Below are positions 13,786-29,057 of a DNA stretch of 64,000 bases, one piece after another (position 1 is the first letter of the stretch; the number at the start of each line of letters is the position of its first letter). The stretch covers positions 26,226,001 to 26,290,000 of the forward strand of contig OX597827.1 of assembly GCA_951406725.2 (NCBI GenBank), given 5' to 3'. Origin of the DNA: Octopus vulgaris (taxonomy: Eukaryota). A model generated the notes under the pieces. That model worked only from the letters and a program-made list of their open reading frames with translations, made no database searches and was not told where the DNA came from. A program made the translations under genes and the position numbers.

Positions 13786-14700
13786 TTTGCTCCCAACTTT
13801 GGCCCTCCATAAATCACAAATTTTATTTTGGAAATTATGGGACTAACTGTCTTCGAAAACTCATTTTGTCGTTGAATGCTCGAAATGGGGAGTAGATAGA
13901 CAGCTGACAACTGATTAAGGGTCGTTCTTTGTGTTACTTGTCCTGTTTTCCATTTTTTCTCTCAATGTTTGCGTATTTCACTCGTTCGTTTTCGTACTTC
14001 ATATTGTTTACAGTTCGTGACATCCTGTACCCTTATATGCATATATATATATATATATATATATATTATTTATATTACTACTTAATTGAACGCACACGCA
14101 TCAGTTTCCAAGTATGTTTATCTTTACCTTTTTGATGCGACTCTACTGTATACTGTTTTCTCCCCCACCATTTACTGTTTCTCTTTTTGTCCCCTACACT
14201 GTTTTCTATCTCTACTCTCCGTTGTTTCTGTTTTTGTCACTCTCGTTTCTCACAGGTGACGATCATCCATCTTTCCTTTCCTCACGTGACCATCTTTCTT
14301 TTCCTGCCCGACGTTCTATGGACTGGAATCTTCTATCTTTTCTCATTTTAAAGAAAATATTTCTCCCAATGTTCACTATTTCCCCCTCGTTCTAGTCCAA
14401 AGATCCTCCATTTTTATTTTCGTTCGGTTTCCTTGTATGTCTCCAATGTCCTGTTTTTGTTCCCAATGTTGACCCTCCATAAATCCATTATGAGAGCAAC
14501 TGTCTTCGAAAACTAATATTGTCGTTGAGCACTTGCAATGAGGAGTAGCTAGACAGCCGACAATTGATGAAGGATCGTTCTTTATGTTACTTGTCCTGAT
14601 TTCCAGTTTTTTCTCTCAATGTTTGTGTATTTCACTCGTTTATTTTCGTACTTCATGTTGTTTACAGTTGGTGACATCTTTTACCCATATCTGCATATGG
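13783..14700. repeat. Two diverged direct repeats of about 250-260 bp (13783-14045 and 14452-14700)
   Basis: Shared ccctccataaatc, aactgtcttcgaaaact, tgttacttgtcctg, ttttcgtacttcat and gtgacatc, in the same order. Confidence 0.8.
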
Positions 14701-14968
14701 GTACAGGAATGAATTTAATACTGAATGAAATTAATAATAGCATCTAAATATGAAACATCATGAAAATTGTTCAAACTTTGTCCTTCTTGAGAAACATTTT
14801 TCCATTCGAATTAATACAGAATTACATATAGTATTTATGCCATTTTGATTTACTGTCGGGTGACCTTTGGCCAACCCACTATACAGAGTTAATAATAATG
14901 AAAGATAAATATTTTATTTGTATGATATACATACATATATATATATATATATATACATATATATATAC

Positions 14969-14999
<31 letters not shown>

Positions 15000-15048
15000 T
15001 GTATTTATATATATTATGTAAATAAGTAACAAATATTTTATTTGTATA

Positions 15049-15109
<61 letters not shown>

Positions 15110-16064
15110 GTATGTATCTATTTATATATATTATGTAAATAAGTATCAATACATTACAGCCCCCCTCGAGTGGCTCCCCATTTAATCGATCGATGAAAAC
15201 ATTATATCAATTTGAGAGAATGTAATTTGAAAGATGTAATGTTTTCATTGATCGATTAAATGGAGCTACACGAAACGGTCTTAATGTATTGATACCTGGA
15301 CAACCTCGTTACTTATTTACACTCTGTTCACCTAACTTGGAACTGTGAGGGCTATACCGAGTTGGCAAGGTGCCTCAATTTATGTACTGAATTCAAGTGT
15401 ATCTTAATTGTATATATATATATGCATGAGTGTGTGTGCGTATGTTTGTGTGTGTGTCTGTGTGAGCGTGTGTATACGCACACATAACTGATTTAGTCAC
15501 TTGTTAATTATCTTACAACCTCAGCATATTGGTGCTATCAGACATTTGTATTTAAAAGCTAATTAAAGCCATCTGTGACAGCTACCTTTCTGAACATCTC
15601 GTCAACTAATGTGAGTGTTTTGTGTTCACAACGAGAACATCACAATGCCAGAGATATAAGTGGCAATGAATTACCATAAAAACAAGCGTATATGAAGCAT
15701 CATATTAATAGAAACTATAATCGTTTGAAATAGTTTAACCCTTCAATATAGAAAACATTTTCGTTAGCTTGTTCTTAACGCCCAAGCCTATTTCCTAACC
15801 TTTAGTTAGTCCGTGTTTCATACGTTCCGCGTTTTGTCAAGCTTTCCTTTCGTAAGTCCCAAGTTAGTCTGTTAATAGAAAGCTATTGAGAGTGTGTATC
15901 AGGTATGAAGCATGGACACTAAGTAAATATGTCCTGTGTATCACGTGTACGGCACAAGGTAGGTAAAATGTGAATGAGGGGAGGAAGTGCATCCGCTTCT
16001 TTCAAGTGAATGGTCACCTGTTGATACATTCTGATATCACACACCCATGTTTAGTTTATAGATA

Positions 16065-16430
16065 ATGGGTCATCCCAAAATAATGCGGTTTTTTTCAAAT
16101 ATATGAAATAAAAGTCGGAGAGAGAGGGGATAAACTACCTGCGTCAGGTATAAGGGAAGTGACAAAGGTGCATATTCGGCATATTTTGCTTTATGAGTTC
16201 AATAAAAGCAACAACGCAACGGAAAGTGTGGGGAATATTAATGTAGTATATAGGGATCGGAAAATAAGCGTCAGCCAGTGACAACGGTGGCTTCAGACAT
16301 TCTGAGCCGAAAAATACAACCTAGAAAACCAGCTTCGTCTTGGAAGGTCTGTAGAGCTGGACGACTAGGTCCTACGAATCCTAGTGGAACAAAATCCCAT
16401 TGTAACTGTTTAGGAACTAGCAGAGAAGCT
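16065..16430 (+). pseudogene. mariner transposase N-terminal fragment
   Basis: Translates VTKVHIRHILLYEFNKSNNATESVGNINVVYRDRKISVSQ*QRWLQTF*, a mariner/SETMAR-type HTH with stops. Confidence 0.75.
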
Positions 16431-16739
16431 TCTTGCTTGAATTTCATGACAAACTGGTTTTTACCACAAATATGCTCTGTAAACTGACATTTCTAGAATT
16501 AAATGCGTGTCTCTACGTAACCTGCGATCAGTGATTCTCCAGCCATGATCCCTTAACTTCCTAGCTGCAGATAAAAGTCAGTAATAAGAGAAACGTCAGA
16601 ATTACGTTTCTAGTAAACTATTCAATGAGAAGAGACATACTTTCAGCAAAATGTACAGATATACTGGGTATTTAGATAAATACAGAACTCAAACGGTACA
16701 CATGAAGTATCTTCTCAGTTATACGTGTGTGTGTGTTTA

Positions 16740-16833
<94 letters not shown>

Positions 16834-17063
16834 TCTCGCTCTCTCGCTCTCTCTCTATATATATATATACAGAAAGAGAGAGAGAGTGAGAGAAAGAGAG
16901 AGAGAGAGAGAAGAGGTTAGAGACAGGTATTGTCTGCATAGAATACATTTCTTAGTGCCCAAGAGATTTGAACTTGATCAGGTAGGGGAGTAAATGTAAC
17001 GACAACCAAGTTAGTCATGTCGGTATAAAAAATTTGTTAAATACATTTAATGCAATGTATATA

Positions 17064-17125
<62 letters not shown>

Positions 17126-17644
17126 AGAGGTCCGACGTACACAGAATGGAAACGTTATCAGGAATTAAAGGAATTGAGTAGGAGATTTACGAGTCCAACA
17201 TCTGTTCCTGGGGGCTTGGTGGTCCGAAATAATGCTTGTCACTATATTTCATCAACGGATATCACCAGCCTACGTCTTCAGGGAAGAATTTTCCATTTGA
17301 GGTGTTGACAGAATAGAGATTAAAGTTGAAATTATTTATATCCGTGTGTGTGTGTGTGTGTGTTTGTCTCTGTGTGTGGTGTGTGTGTGTTAAAGGTGGT
17401 CAACAGATTTTAAATATTTATAAAATTACACTTTATTTGAAGTTACAACGCAAGCTTATAGTGTAAAAAATAAATTGAAACAGCTGATCTCTGATAGACG
17501 ATGTAAAGGAAATATACATAACTTTAGATCGTAGGAAGTCGTCCACTATGAGAGCTTCTAGGCAAACATCATCATTCACTGTTTAAAAGGATAACGAAGT
17601 GATGTAAGGGATATTTGGCTTCTAATACTAGGAAGGCAATATAA

Positions 17645-18040
17645 AGCGAGCTGAAGAATCGTTAGTACAACGGACAGAATGTTAAACAGCATTTCACCAA
17701 AAAATGCTGAGGTCGACATTACCTCTCATCATTTTGTGGTCGATAAAATAAGTACCAGTTGATTACTGGGGGTTGATGTAATTGTTTTACCCCTCCCTCA
17801 TAATTACTGGCCTTGTGCCAAACTTTAAAACCAGTATTACTAAGGTGGCGAGCTGCAAGAATCGTTAGCGCGCCGGACAGAATGCTTAACGGCATTTCGT
17901 CCTTCTTTAATTTCGGAAAGAGTTTAAATTCCACCGGGTTCCACGTTGCTTTTCATCATATCCGGGTCGATAAAACAAGTACCAGTTGTAACCGACTTAA
18001 TCCCTCCTTAGAAGTTGCTGGCTTTGCACCAAAATTTGAA
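17645..18040 (+). mobile_element. Two degenerate SINE family A copies
   Basis: gcgagctg..gaatcgttag and ggtcgataaaataagtaccag motifs. Confidence 0.7.
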
Positions 18041-18823
18041 ACTACTTTTTCTAGGAAGACAAGTAACTATATGGAGGCTGGCTCCATCGTTTGTCTCGAC
18101 ATCAATTTATTAGTATTTTGTAGTGTGAAATTTAATGAGTTGATTGCTGTAGCCTGTGTGTGTATATGTGTGTTTATTTTGTTATTTGCTTGTATTTGTT
18201 TCTACACTGGAATATTTAACACACAATTGTCATCTTGAACAATTTTCCATCTCGTCAATTTGTGTTCAGTTGAAATAACTTCGCTTATTGATTTTTAAAG
18301 CTAATGTGGCCTACATTTATAACTAAACATAACCTTAACACTAACGCCGACAGCGACACAACATACATTCAACATGTCGTGTATGCACACAGAAACACTC
18401 ACACACATACACACACATACAGACACACACGCACACGCATGTAGAAATGCACACATGTGTATAGGTGTGCACACGCATTCATTTGCAATGTCACACAAAC
18501 ATGCACATGTACACAGACTTCGATTCGTGCACAACAGCGACCCACTCTCGTAACAAATTTGTTAATGGTTGATACACACACGCTGTGTCACACATACTCA
18601 TGAAGTTAGACTACACACACACTCACTCACACTCACTCACACACACACACAAATATATCTATATCTAGACACCTACACAAACACGAGAGTACTTCAGAGT
18701 GAGTGAACGCAAAGAGGAAGAGGGAGAATAGACAGAGAATGTGAGGAGGAAAGAGGAAGTGGAAGTAGAGAGAAAGTGAAGGGGAGAAAGAGGGAAGAGA
18801 TAGCTAAATATACAGATAACGAG

Positions 18824-18881
<58 letters not shown>

Positions 18882-18882
18882 G

Positions 18883-18934
<52 letters not shown>

Positions 18935-19814
18935 AGGGACAGTATTTCATTAAAATTTTTCTTGGATTTCCAACTTGCCTTTCTTGCAACAATGTATCAT
19001 TCTCTCTCTCTTTATTCCACCTTTTCACCAGCTCACTCTCTCTCTCTCTCGCTCTCTTTCTCTCTTTCACTCACTGTCTTTCACTTTCTCTCTCACACAC
19101 GTATTGACACAACTCTTACTGCATGTCTCTCTCTCACTCATCGAACCATCCTCTCTTTCTCCTCTCCTCTCTCTCTCTCCTCTTCCTCCTCTCTCTCCTC
19201 TTGCTCCTCTCTCTCATCTCACTCCTCTACCTCCTCTTCCTCCTCTCTCTCATCTCTCTCCTCTCTCTCCTTCTCTCTCTGCTTCTCGCTCTCTCAATCC
19301 TTACACACACACACACACACACAACTTAATATCCCTCATTCTCATTATCATCTCTTCTATTTTATTTCCCCTTCTCACTCTTTTTCTCTCTCGTTCTCTC
19401 ATCCTCTTTCTCACACTATCTCTCATAGACACACTTTTCTCTCTTTCAATTTCCTCCTATTCCTCCCACTCTCTCAATATATTCCTCTCCCCTCAACCCT
19501 TCTCTCACTCCTTACCAAACACACACGCATTTACTTCGGTTTCAGCTTTTATGGAACAATTTATATTCGCATAGTCGCAGTTTTCTATCCGGTTTGTTTT
19601 TGTTTGTTTCTCTTTTGATTTCTTTCTCTGAATGTCATATTCTAATCACCAGGTCACACTGGTTTGCCATCGCACTTCGTTGCACCTTCTTCAAGTAAGA
19701 GAAATTGCGAAGACGGGGAAACGAGCGGAAGCGAGTGATTGGTACGCACTCTGCCATTGCAGACGATACGTGTAATTCCAACGACACCACATCGATATAC
19801 ATACACACACCCAT

Positions 19815-19903
<89 letters not shown>

Positions 19904-19911
19904 GTATATAC

Positions 19912-20071
19912 AGGCGCAAGAGTGGCTGTATGGTAAGTAGCTTGCTTGCCAACCACATGTCATGGGTTCAGTCCCACCGCGTGGCACCTTGTGCAAGTGT
20001 CTTCTGCTATAGCCTTGGGCCGATCAAAGCCTTCTGAGTGGATTTGTAGACGGAAACTGAAAGAAGCCCCT

Positions 20072-20104
<33 letters not shown>

Positions 20105-20438
20105 ACATTATCAAATATAAGTGTAACACCGAAGTAACAATAGCATTGTCTCTAATTCTATTATTATATATCAGTTTTTAAGACCGACTCATGTTTCAGT
20201 TCCATCGATTAGATTTATATGTTAACTGTTGAATACCGTATTTTAAATGCCTAAGAGCATTTTTATATTTACACATGCTGATATATGACCTACGTTGGAC
20301 TCCTTATTCGCATAATAACCGAACCTGGAGCTTAGCTATGGTCTGTCCATAGCACTTACTTAGCATTACCTGACAACTTTGGGTTTTATTGACACCATTA
20401 CCTCTCATATACTCTATATACATACTATACATACATAC

Positions 20439-20487
<49 letters not shown>

Positions 20488-20780
20488 CATATACACATAC
20501 ATATATATATATATGTTCATATATATGTTCATATATATATATATATATATACATATACACATACATATACATATATAAGTATATATATATATATGTTCAT
20601 ATATATATATATACGATGGGCTTCTTTCAGTTTCGTCTACCAAATCCACTAACGAGTCCTTGTTTCTGCCCGAGGCTATAGCAGAAGACGCTTGCCCAAG
20701 GTGCCGCGCAGTGGGACTAAACCCGGATCTATGTCACTGGGAAGCAAGCTTCTAACCCTACAGCCACACTTGCGCCTATA
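19912..20780. mobile_element. SINE family B 5' halves (19912-20075 +, 20612-20780 -)
   Basis: Family B head and CORE-like motifs in opposite orientations. Confidence 0.8.
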
Positions 20781-20856
20781 CTGTTGAATAACATAGTTTG
20801 AAAACCTAAGAGCAAACTAGGAATCGATTTGGGGAAATACCTTACTTTTTACTAAT

Positions 20857-21068
<212 letters not shown>

Positions 21069-21714
21069 TATATATATGTATATATGTATATATATATAAT
21101 GTTCAAGTGCGTGAACAAACCAAAGTAGCGAAGAGCAGACGTGTGCACGAGTGAATGTATTTATGTTTCTATTAAGGTGATTTTTATGTTGTAGTAAGGC
21201 AATTCTACATCCAACCGATGAAATACTCAATACGTTTGTTACGTTACAAATTTATTATCCTTTAACAGGAATATCGTTGACAGTGACCTAAAGGAATATA
21301 TATTGGGTGCCTATACTTATACATGTTTATCGATAAGGTTGCGTGACACGTTCTAACAGAATGCTATGTGATATCGTTCCAGTCTTCAACACCCTCAGTT
21401 CAAATGGCGTCAATTGCTACTTAAATTTCATCATCACAAGGTCAATAAATGAAGTAGGAATCACTTTCCATCTCTTCTTCGTTCTTACTCTTTCTGTCTG
21501 TCTGTCTGTCTCTTTGTCTCTCTCTCTCTCTAGCTATCTCTGCTTATCCCCCCTCCATGTTGCTCTTTGGAAGAAATTGGCTGTGGTTAATTCTAGACAG
21601 TTATGGGTCCCTCCGGGCCCGAAACGAGACAACATTTTGAGGGACCAAGGAAAGACAAAACACAAACGCCCACGCAGAAACTTAGTAATACATGCTGAAA
21701 TCTACAAGTTGTTT

Positions 21715-21872
21715 TCATTCTCTCTGTTTATTTTCTCATAATCCTTTCTGTTGAAGAGCCTAGGTTCGAAACATAAAATACTTTTTCATGTTTCCCGAGC
21801 GACAATCTACACACCTGCTTGTTGTTCATACACCTGTCTTCATCTTTTGTTCTTCTATAAGTTTCAACTATA
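21715..21872 (+). mobile_element. Short microsatellite-associated element with a minimal HHR-like motif
   Basis: cttt CTGTTGA agagcctaggttc GAAAC ata aaa; homologous to the minus-strand copies at 26809, 32402 and 32684. Confidence 0.6.
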
Positions 21873-23699
21873 TGTACATATGTGTGTGTAGTTGTCTGTT
21901 TGTGAGTGTCTTGAATGTGTCACTGTATATGGATAAAGGTTTGAGTAAGGTTACAAGAAACGGTAAAATTCTTATTCTAATGTCATAAATCTCTGAGGAA
22001 TGCGGAACTTCCTGCACATTAATATAATGAGCATTTGATCGAACAAATTCTATTAAACTAATATAATTGATCGAACATTCTTCTGTCAAAATCACTACAA
22101 AATTCCATCCTTGCACTCATCATCGCCATTTTATACATCCTTATTACAGTTTACCTAATTATTATAGTCGCCGCCGTTGTCACCATTGGTATCTTCATAA
22201 CTATCAACACGAATTCCTATTAAATTGAATCAGCATGCTTGAGTACAAAATCAGACGTGTATAGCTTTAAAGTTTAAGGACATCTCGTCTTCCATCTGTC
22301 CATTAGATTTCTAGATATCTTCAATATGAAGTTTCATCTAACTTATTACGTATTAAACACTTTCTAGCCGGTCGAAAAACCATATAGAAGTTCCTTGGCC
22401 AGTTTATACTTAATACGTCACACAAAGATCTTCTAACCTGTCCGATAGAATTTTTCAAACGTTGGATAGAAAGCTTTCTACTATTTGTCCCAGTTCTCTT
22501 TATTCTGAGTTCAAATCTCACCGAGGTAAAATCTCCCTTCCATTTTCCCTAAAGGTCGATAAAGACAATATATTTCAAGCAGATAAGCAAAATCAAAATA
22601 GTTTCTGGAGTGGGAAAAATCATCAAAGCAAAAGAAGATTGGTCTACTGTGTTACTACCGGTATTTTGTGTTCATAGTTCAATCCCAGCCGAGGTCAGCT
22701 TCACTTTACCTTTTTTCTGTCACGCTCCGGAGTCAGTTAAATTTATCAGCCTATTCCTTCGTCCTAGCAAAGCATTGTGTTACTGAACATATGTGAGGAC
22801 TCGCTGTCAGTATGTGACTACACATATGAGCTCTACATATAGAGTAATGACGAGCATACTCTTTCAAGTGAATTGTAGAACAACTCGCGATATACACAAT
22901 ATTTTATAATTATCGAAAGAGCTAAAAAGTAAGTCTGTATATTGTAATTTGAATAGCAGTGAATTATCCCTCAAATCATATCTTATCACCTTAAAAATGC
23001 ACATTACAACTGAAAACCAAAAGGACAGTATAATCAAGGTTAGAAGATCTTTGTGTCATGTATTAAGTGTAAACTGGCCAAGGGACTTCTATATGGTTTT
23101 TCGACCTGCTAGAAATAGTAACTAAATCTTTTGTAGTTTAAATAAAGGAAAAGCAACAAGTGTAATGCAGTCCTAGATACACGGCGTCAAAAACAATTTA
23201 ACTGGTCTCTGCTGAAACAAATTTTTCCTAGTTCTTCAATACCAGGGTTAACCTAAACATACAACGAACGACTTCTAATATATATACAGCGATTTTTTAT
23301 TTCAACCGTGATGGAGTTTTGTTTGAACCAATCATAACAGAGAGATTTTACATCCTTCAGTTACTAGCAATAAATAGACTTTGCAACACGTTATACGCAA
23401 ATCGCCGACAGCCTGGAGATTATATATTTTAATGGGCATTCATATGTGTGTTGGTTGCATATTGCGTTCTGACTCCTCTTTTTCTAGCACATTAAATCAC
23501 ATTACGTATCAGTTCCTCTGTGTATTTGCCACTGGCAAAATATGAAATGTGTAACCTATATCTCAGACAAATTAATCTCATAATTTAAGAAAAAAGAAAC
23601 TTGTTCCTCCAAGCTATAGAACAAAGTCTCTTATGAAGAATCGTGTACTTCTTAGATCATTTTACTCGAAATAGAAACTGAATCTCATTCTACTTTTTA

Positions 23700-23966
23700 T
23701 CTTTTATTCTTTTGATTGTTTCGGTCATTAGACTGCGACCATGCTGGAACACCATCTTGAAGAATTTTTAATGGAATCAATCTACCCCAGTAATTATGTC
23801 TTTTATACACTGGTACTTATTCTACAGAACCCTCTTGCAAAACCACAAAAGTTATGGGGATGTAGACACACCAACACCGGTTGTGAAATGGTAGTGTCGG
23901 TGGTGGTGGATAAATTCAGAAATACACACACATATATGTATTTTTCTCTCTCTCCCTCTGTGTGTG

Positions 23967-23999
<33 letters not shown>

Positions 24000-24165
24000 A
24001 TACATACATACATACATATTCTTTCAGCTGCTGTTTGCCAAGAATCCATTCACACGGCTTTGGTGGTCCCAAGGCCATTGTAGAAGACAGCTGCCAAAGG
24101 TGGCACGCAATTGAATTGAACCCGGAACCATGTGGTTGTGAAGCAAGCTTCTTACCATACAACCA
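23700..24165 (-). mobile_element. Degenerate SINE family B
   Basis: Reverse-complement family B motifs. Confidence 0.75.
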
Positions 24166-24941
24166 ATCATAAAAAGAAGAAAAACTCCGAATAATAAACG
24201 AGTATCACTAAAGTTAAAATATTAGGTTACAGGTTTTGCGATGAAGGATCAACCGTAGCTGAAGAACAACAACAATAAACATGTCAACAAATACAGCTAC
24301 TACGACAACGACAACAATAATAAAAGCAACCACAAAACGTAACCCTAAACATCTCCACCATATTTTTATGTTTTTCTAATATTATTAGCTCTAATCGTCA
24401 TACATTTATAAAAAAAACGCAAAATGGCGGAAATTTCAAGAGCTTTCATACCGCGATATCACGAGAGGTAAGAAGTATTAGAAAGAAGACAAAACTCCAT
24501 AAACAGAAAATTCTTGGAGACGCGATTCATTCAATAGGTTTTTTCATGGAAATTCTAAGGAAATGAAAAATATTGCATAATATAAATAAGTGAAGTATGA
24601 ATAAGTGAAGTATGATCCTGTATTACGGATATTTGTAAATCATAAATTATAATTAAAGGAGGCCTAGATTTATGCTTTGTAAATGCATGGAAGTTTCTTT
24701 TATGGTAACAGTTATGTTATAAATCCGAGCTGTAGTATGGCGTATACTGAAACCATAAAAAGAGGATTTATATTTATCTTTGTGAAAGACGATCTGACTT
24801 TTCGTGGCCCATCAATGAACGAGAGGTGACACGTGATTACGCGCGTAGTTCAGAGATATATGCATTTATAGGTATTTTGTGAGTAAATGTTAGCATATGT
24901 ATACACGTACACATATTAATATCTATCTATCTATCTATCTA

Positions 24942-24983
<42 letters not shown>

Positions 24984-25038
24984 TATATTATATTATACAC
25001 ATATATGTATGTATGTATTACTGGTATGTATGTATCTG

Positions 25039-25117
<79 letters not shown>

Positions 25118-26808
25118 TATATTATATTATATTATACATATATATGTATGTATGTATATGTATGTATCTTTATATATATATATATATATATATTATGACT
25201 GGGAAGAATCATTCTCCTTGAGTTCCTTATTAATTTGATACACTCACCGTTCCGATTTCCTGTAATTTATTTATTTATCTTTATTAAAATTTTCGTTCCG
25301 TCTTGCAACCTTTTCAATAGTCATTGAATCTGTCCATTATCCGAACTGCGTCCTTTTTTGTGCGCATGAGTGTGCGTGCGCCTACACACACACACATTAA
25401 CACACACACACACACATATATATATGTATGTATGTATGTGTATATGTATGTGAATACACAACCACATGGATATGCAAAATACGTACATACAAGCGTGCAT
25501 ACATGCATACATATAAATGTGCATACACACATACACGCATACACGCATACACACATACACGCATACACACATACATACATGCCCACACATGAATACATAT
25601 ATACATACATACACACACATACATACATACATACATACATACATACATACATGCATACATATATACATATGAGTATGCGCACGCATGCTGATGCACACGC
25701 ATGCGCACATGAAAAAGATCGCAGTTCCGATAACGCAACGAAAATTGTAGTAAAACTAAGTAAACGAGTAGAAATCGGACCGGTGAGTGTGTTAAATGAA
25801 TAAGGCATTAGAAGAAAAATACACTCCCCAGGTACAGTTATTTTCCTCGCGTTACTTATTCAATTTAATATTTTCTAACCTATCGGAGGTTACACCCAAA
25901 GGATATTTACTCGGTAAATATTAAACTCTCACATGATTACCATTCAACAACAACAAAATAATAATAATAATAATAATACCAAGCCGCCAAACAGTTTGGA
26001 ATTCTGACGTTATTGTCATACATTATGTGTTGTAGTCCAAGATGCTTTGTATCCGAGAAAAGACGAGATGTTTATGGGTGAGTTTGATTTGATCATAAGC
26101 TTTACTATGGTTAAACAACAGCCAGCGGAATTCCAACATACATGTAGGTAAGACGCCAGTGTGCGACGTCCTGTTTTTGTTATTATTATTATCATTATTG
26201 TTTTTACGTATTTTTGTATTCTTATTCGTGTAACATCGTCCGTTTCTTCGTCCTTGTTTTGTATATATTCGAGGCTTTCTTCCAGGAATCTAATGCTCTT
26301 GGCTTAGATTTTCCTCTGGGGCTAGCCAGATCGGAGCAATCTCAAGATTAATCAGCTGAAATGGCGAGGATGATCCGGTTCTTGACTGAAGATTGAAGGC
26401 TTCGAATGTCCCGTGCGTGTTTTTTGTATCGTCTTCTAAATGTTTTGCGTTCTTGTCCCAGTTTGTATTTTATTACATGTATATATATATATTTAGACAT
26501 AGGAGTGGCTGTGTGGGAAGTAGCTTGTTTACGAGCCACATGGTTCCGAGCATGTAGAAGACACCTTGGGCAAGTGTCTTCTACTATAGCCTCGGGTATA
26601 CCAAAGCCTTGTGAGTGTATTTGGTAGACGGAAACTGAAAGAAGCCCGTCGTATATATATATATATCGATTTGCTAGATTAAAGGCGGCGCTCCAGCATG
26701 GCCACATTTAAATAATTGAAACACGTAGAAAAGTAACAGAGTACATATATATGTATATATATATACATATATACATACATACATACACACAAACACATAC
26801 GCATATAG

Positions 26809-26968
26809 TTGGAATTTATAGAAAGACGAATGCATGTGTAGGAATAAGAAATAAGTGTATTAGTTTGACGCCTGGGAAAATGGAAAAGTCTTTTACGTTT
26901 CGAGCCTACGCTCTTTGTCAGAAAGGAATATCAGGAAATAGAGAGAGAGAATGCAAAAAAGCGTGTTG
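26809..26968 (-). mobile_element. Short element with a minimal HHR-like motif
   Basis: Contains gtcttttacgtttcgagcctacgctct, shared with the 32402 and 32684 copies. Confidence 0.65.
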
Positions 26969-27007
26969 AGTTCAGTGGTCCACTATATATTTTGCACACA
27001 CACACAT

Positions 27008-27087
<80 letters not shown>

Positions 27088-27104
27088 TGTGTGTGGGAGT
27101 TTGT

Positions 27105-27491
27105 GTGTTAAGTAGCTTGCTTACTAACCATATGGTTCTGGGTTCAGTCCCTCTGCGTGGTGCCTTCGGGAAGTGACTTCTACTATAAATTCGAGCCGAC
27201 CAGAGCCTTGTGAGTGAATTTGGTAGACGGAAACTAAAAGAAGCCCATCGTAAATATACATATGTGTGTTTGTGTGTGTATGCTTGTGTGCCTGTGTTTG
27301 TGCGCCTAACATCGCTTGACAACCGATGCTGGTGCGTTTACGTCTCTGTAACTTAGCGTTTCGGCAAAAGAGACCGATAGAATAAGTACTAGGCTTACAA
27401 ATAATAAGTTCTGGGGTCGATTTGCTCGACTAAGGGCGGTGCTCCAGCATGGCCGCAGTCAATTGATTGAAACAAATAAAAAAATAAAAGA
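27105..27491 (+). mobile_element. SINE family B, near full length (deleted copy also at 26500-26740)
   Basis: Family B head, internal TG tract and 3' tail. Confidence 0.85.
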
Positions 27492-28968
27492 ATATATATA
27501 TACATAGAAAGAGCGAGGATGGAAAGAGAGAAAGAGAGAAAGAAGGTGAGGAAGAATTTATGATCTCAGCTCATGTACTGCTGCTATAGATGTTGCTCAA
27601 ATCCATGTGAAGTTCCATAAATTAAATACCAGTCATATAATGGTGTTAGTACATGATTGATATCAATCGTAATGATATCAATTGAGTCAAATGAAATCGG
27701 CTGCCTTCATTACAATCTTCGACTTCATGTCATTCTCATTTATTCTAATCGTACAATAGCCATCCTTTATCTGAGAAAGCGATTTAGCCACGGAATTAAT
27801 AGCTGTTTGTAAAGGATGCTACAAATGAGTGGGGGGTCTAGAAAAAACCTCAGTATTATGTGTAAATATTCTCTTCGTGGTTTAGGATTACACGGGTGCA
27901 ATTTAAACACTCAAGCGTCATGCGCTGAATAAATTTATCTGAATTATTGATTTCGCTATTCAAAAATCTGATATTTTATACGTTATCCCTATGAAATCAG
28001 AGACATTCCAGATCCTATATACTGAGTAACATTATATTCTATATCGACCACTGTTCGCGTTTAGTTTCCTTAAAAACAATAGTTTTCTAAATCCCAGAGT
28101 GTCGTGTCAGCTAATCAATTCCGATGGTTGCGTTATACTTATTCCGCTTCATAGTTGCAGTTAATACTTTACAACAAAGCATGAATATTGTAAAATCTTC
28201 GTATTATTTGCCTTAATTACAACCCACTGAGCGTTTGTTAGAATTTGTGTATGTTTAATTCTATCGTACTTTATTATTAATAATTCTTGTGGGTTTTCAG
28301 CTTTTATTCTCTTACAGTAATGAAAACAACAAAACTGAAAGCTTGATCAAACTCTTAAGATTCTTAATGTTTGAATAAAGTTACTGAATGCCAGCTACAA
28401 TATAGGGTGGTTGTTACAGAATTATTCACTTTAAATTGTTTATATTCTCAAAGCTAAAGCCATAGATGTCTGTATCAGATGTTCGGTTCGCTGCAGGCGC
28501 TTTTGGGGTTACATCCAACAACATGGCACCTTGGGTGAGTCCCTCTCGCAATATACTTGAGCAAAGAAATGCTTGTCAGCAAAAACTGATAAGAAAGAAG
28601 CTATACAAATCTACACAAATACATACACACAATACATGTTTATGTGTGTACGTGTGTGAGTGTGTGTCTGTGTGTGCATGTGTGCTTAGGATAAAGATCC
28701 TTCGCGAGTCATATAGACTGACAGGGCCGATTTCACGGTTTCTGTGGCGCATATGACACTCAATCCCGTGGAAGGGGGATTATTCCGCTGTGCCAACTGT
28801 TTGGACCGGAACAACGTAAAATGAAGTGTCTTGCACAGCACGTCGCCCGGTCAAGGAATGGAAACCGCAAACTTACGATCGTGAGTCAAAAATCTTGACA
28901 ACTAAATCACGCACCTCCACACACACACACACACTCACGTACGTGTGTGTGTGTGTGCATGTATGTGT

Positions 28969-29027
<59 letters not shown>

Positions 29028-29057
29028 CACACGCACACATGTGCGGGTGCGGATATA

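Noticed and set aside
17130-17310. Minus-strand CTGAAGA...GAAA near a TA run
   Set aside because: Stems do not pair convincingly; at most a heavily decayed remnant.
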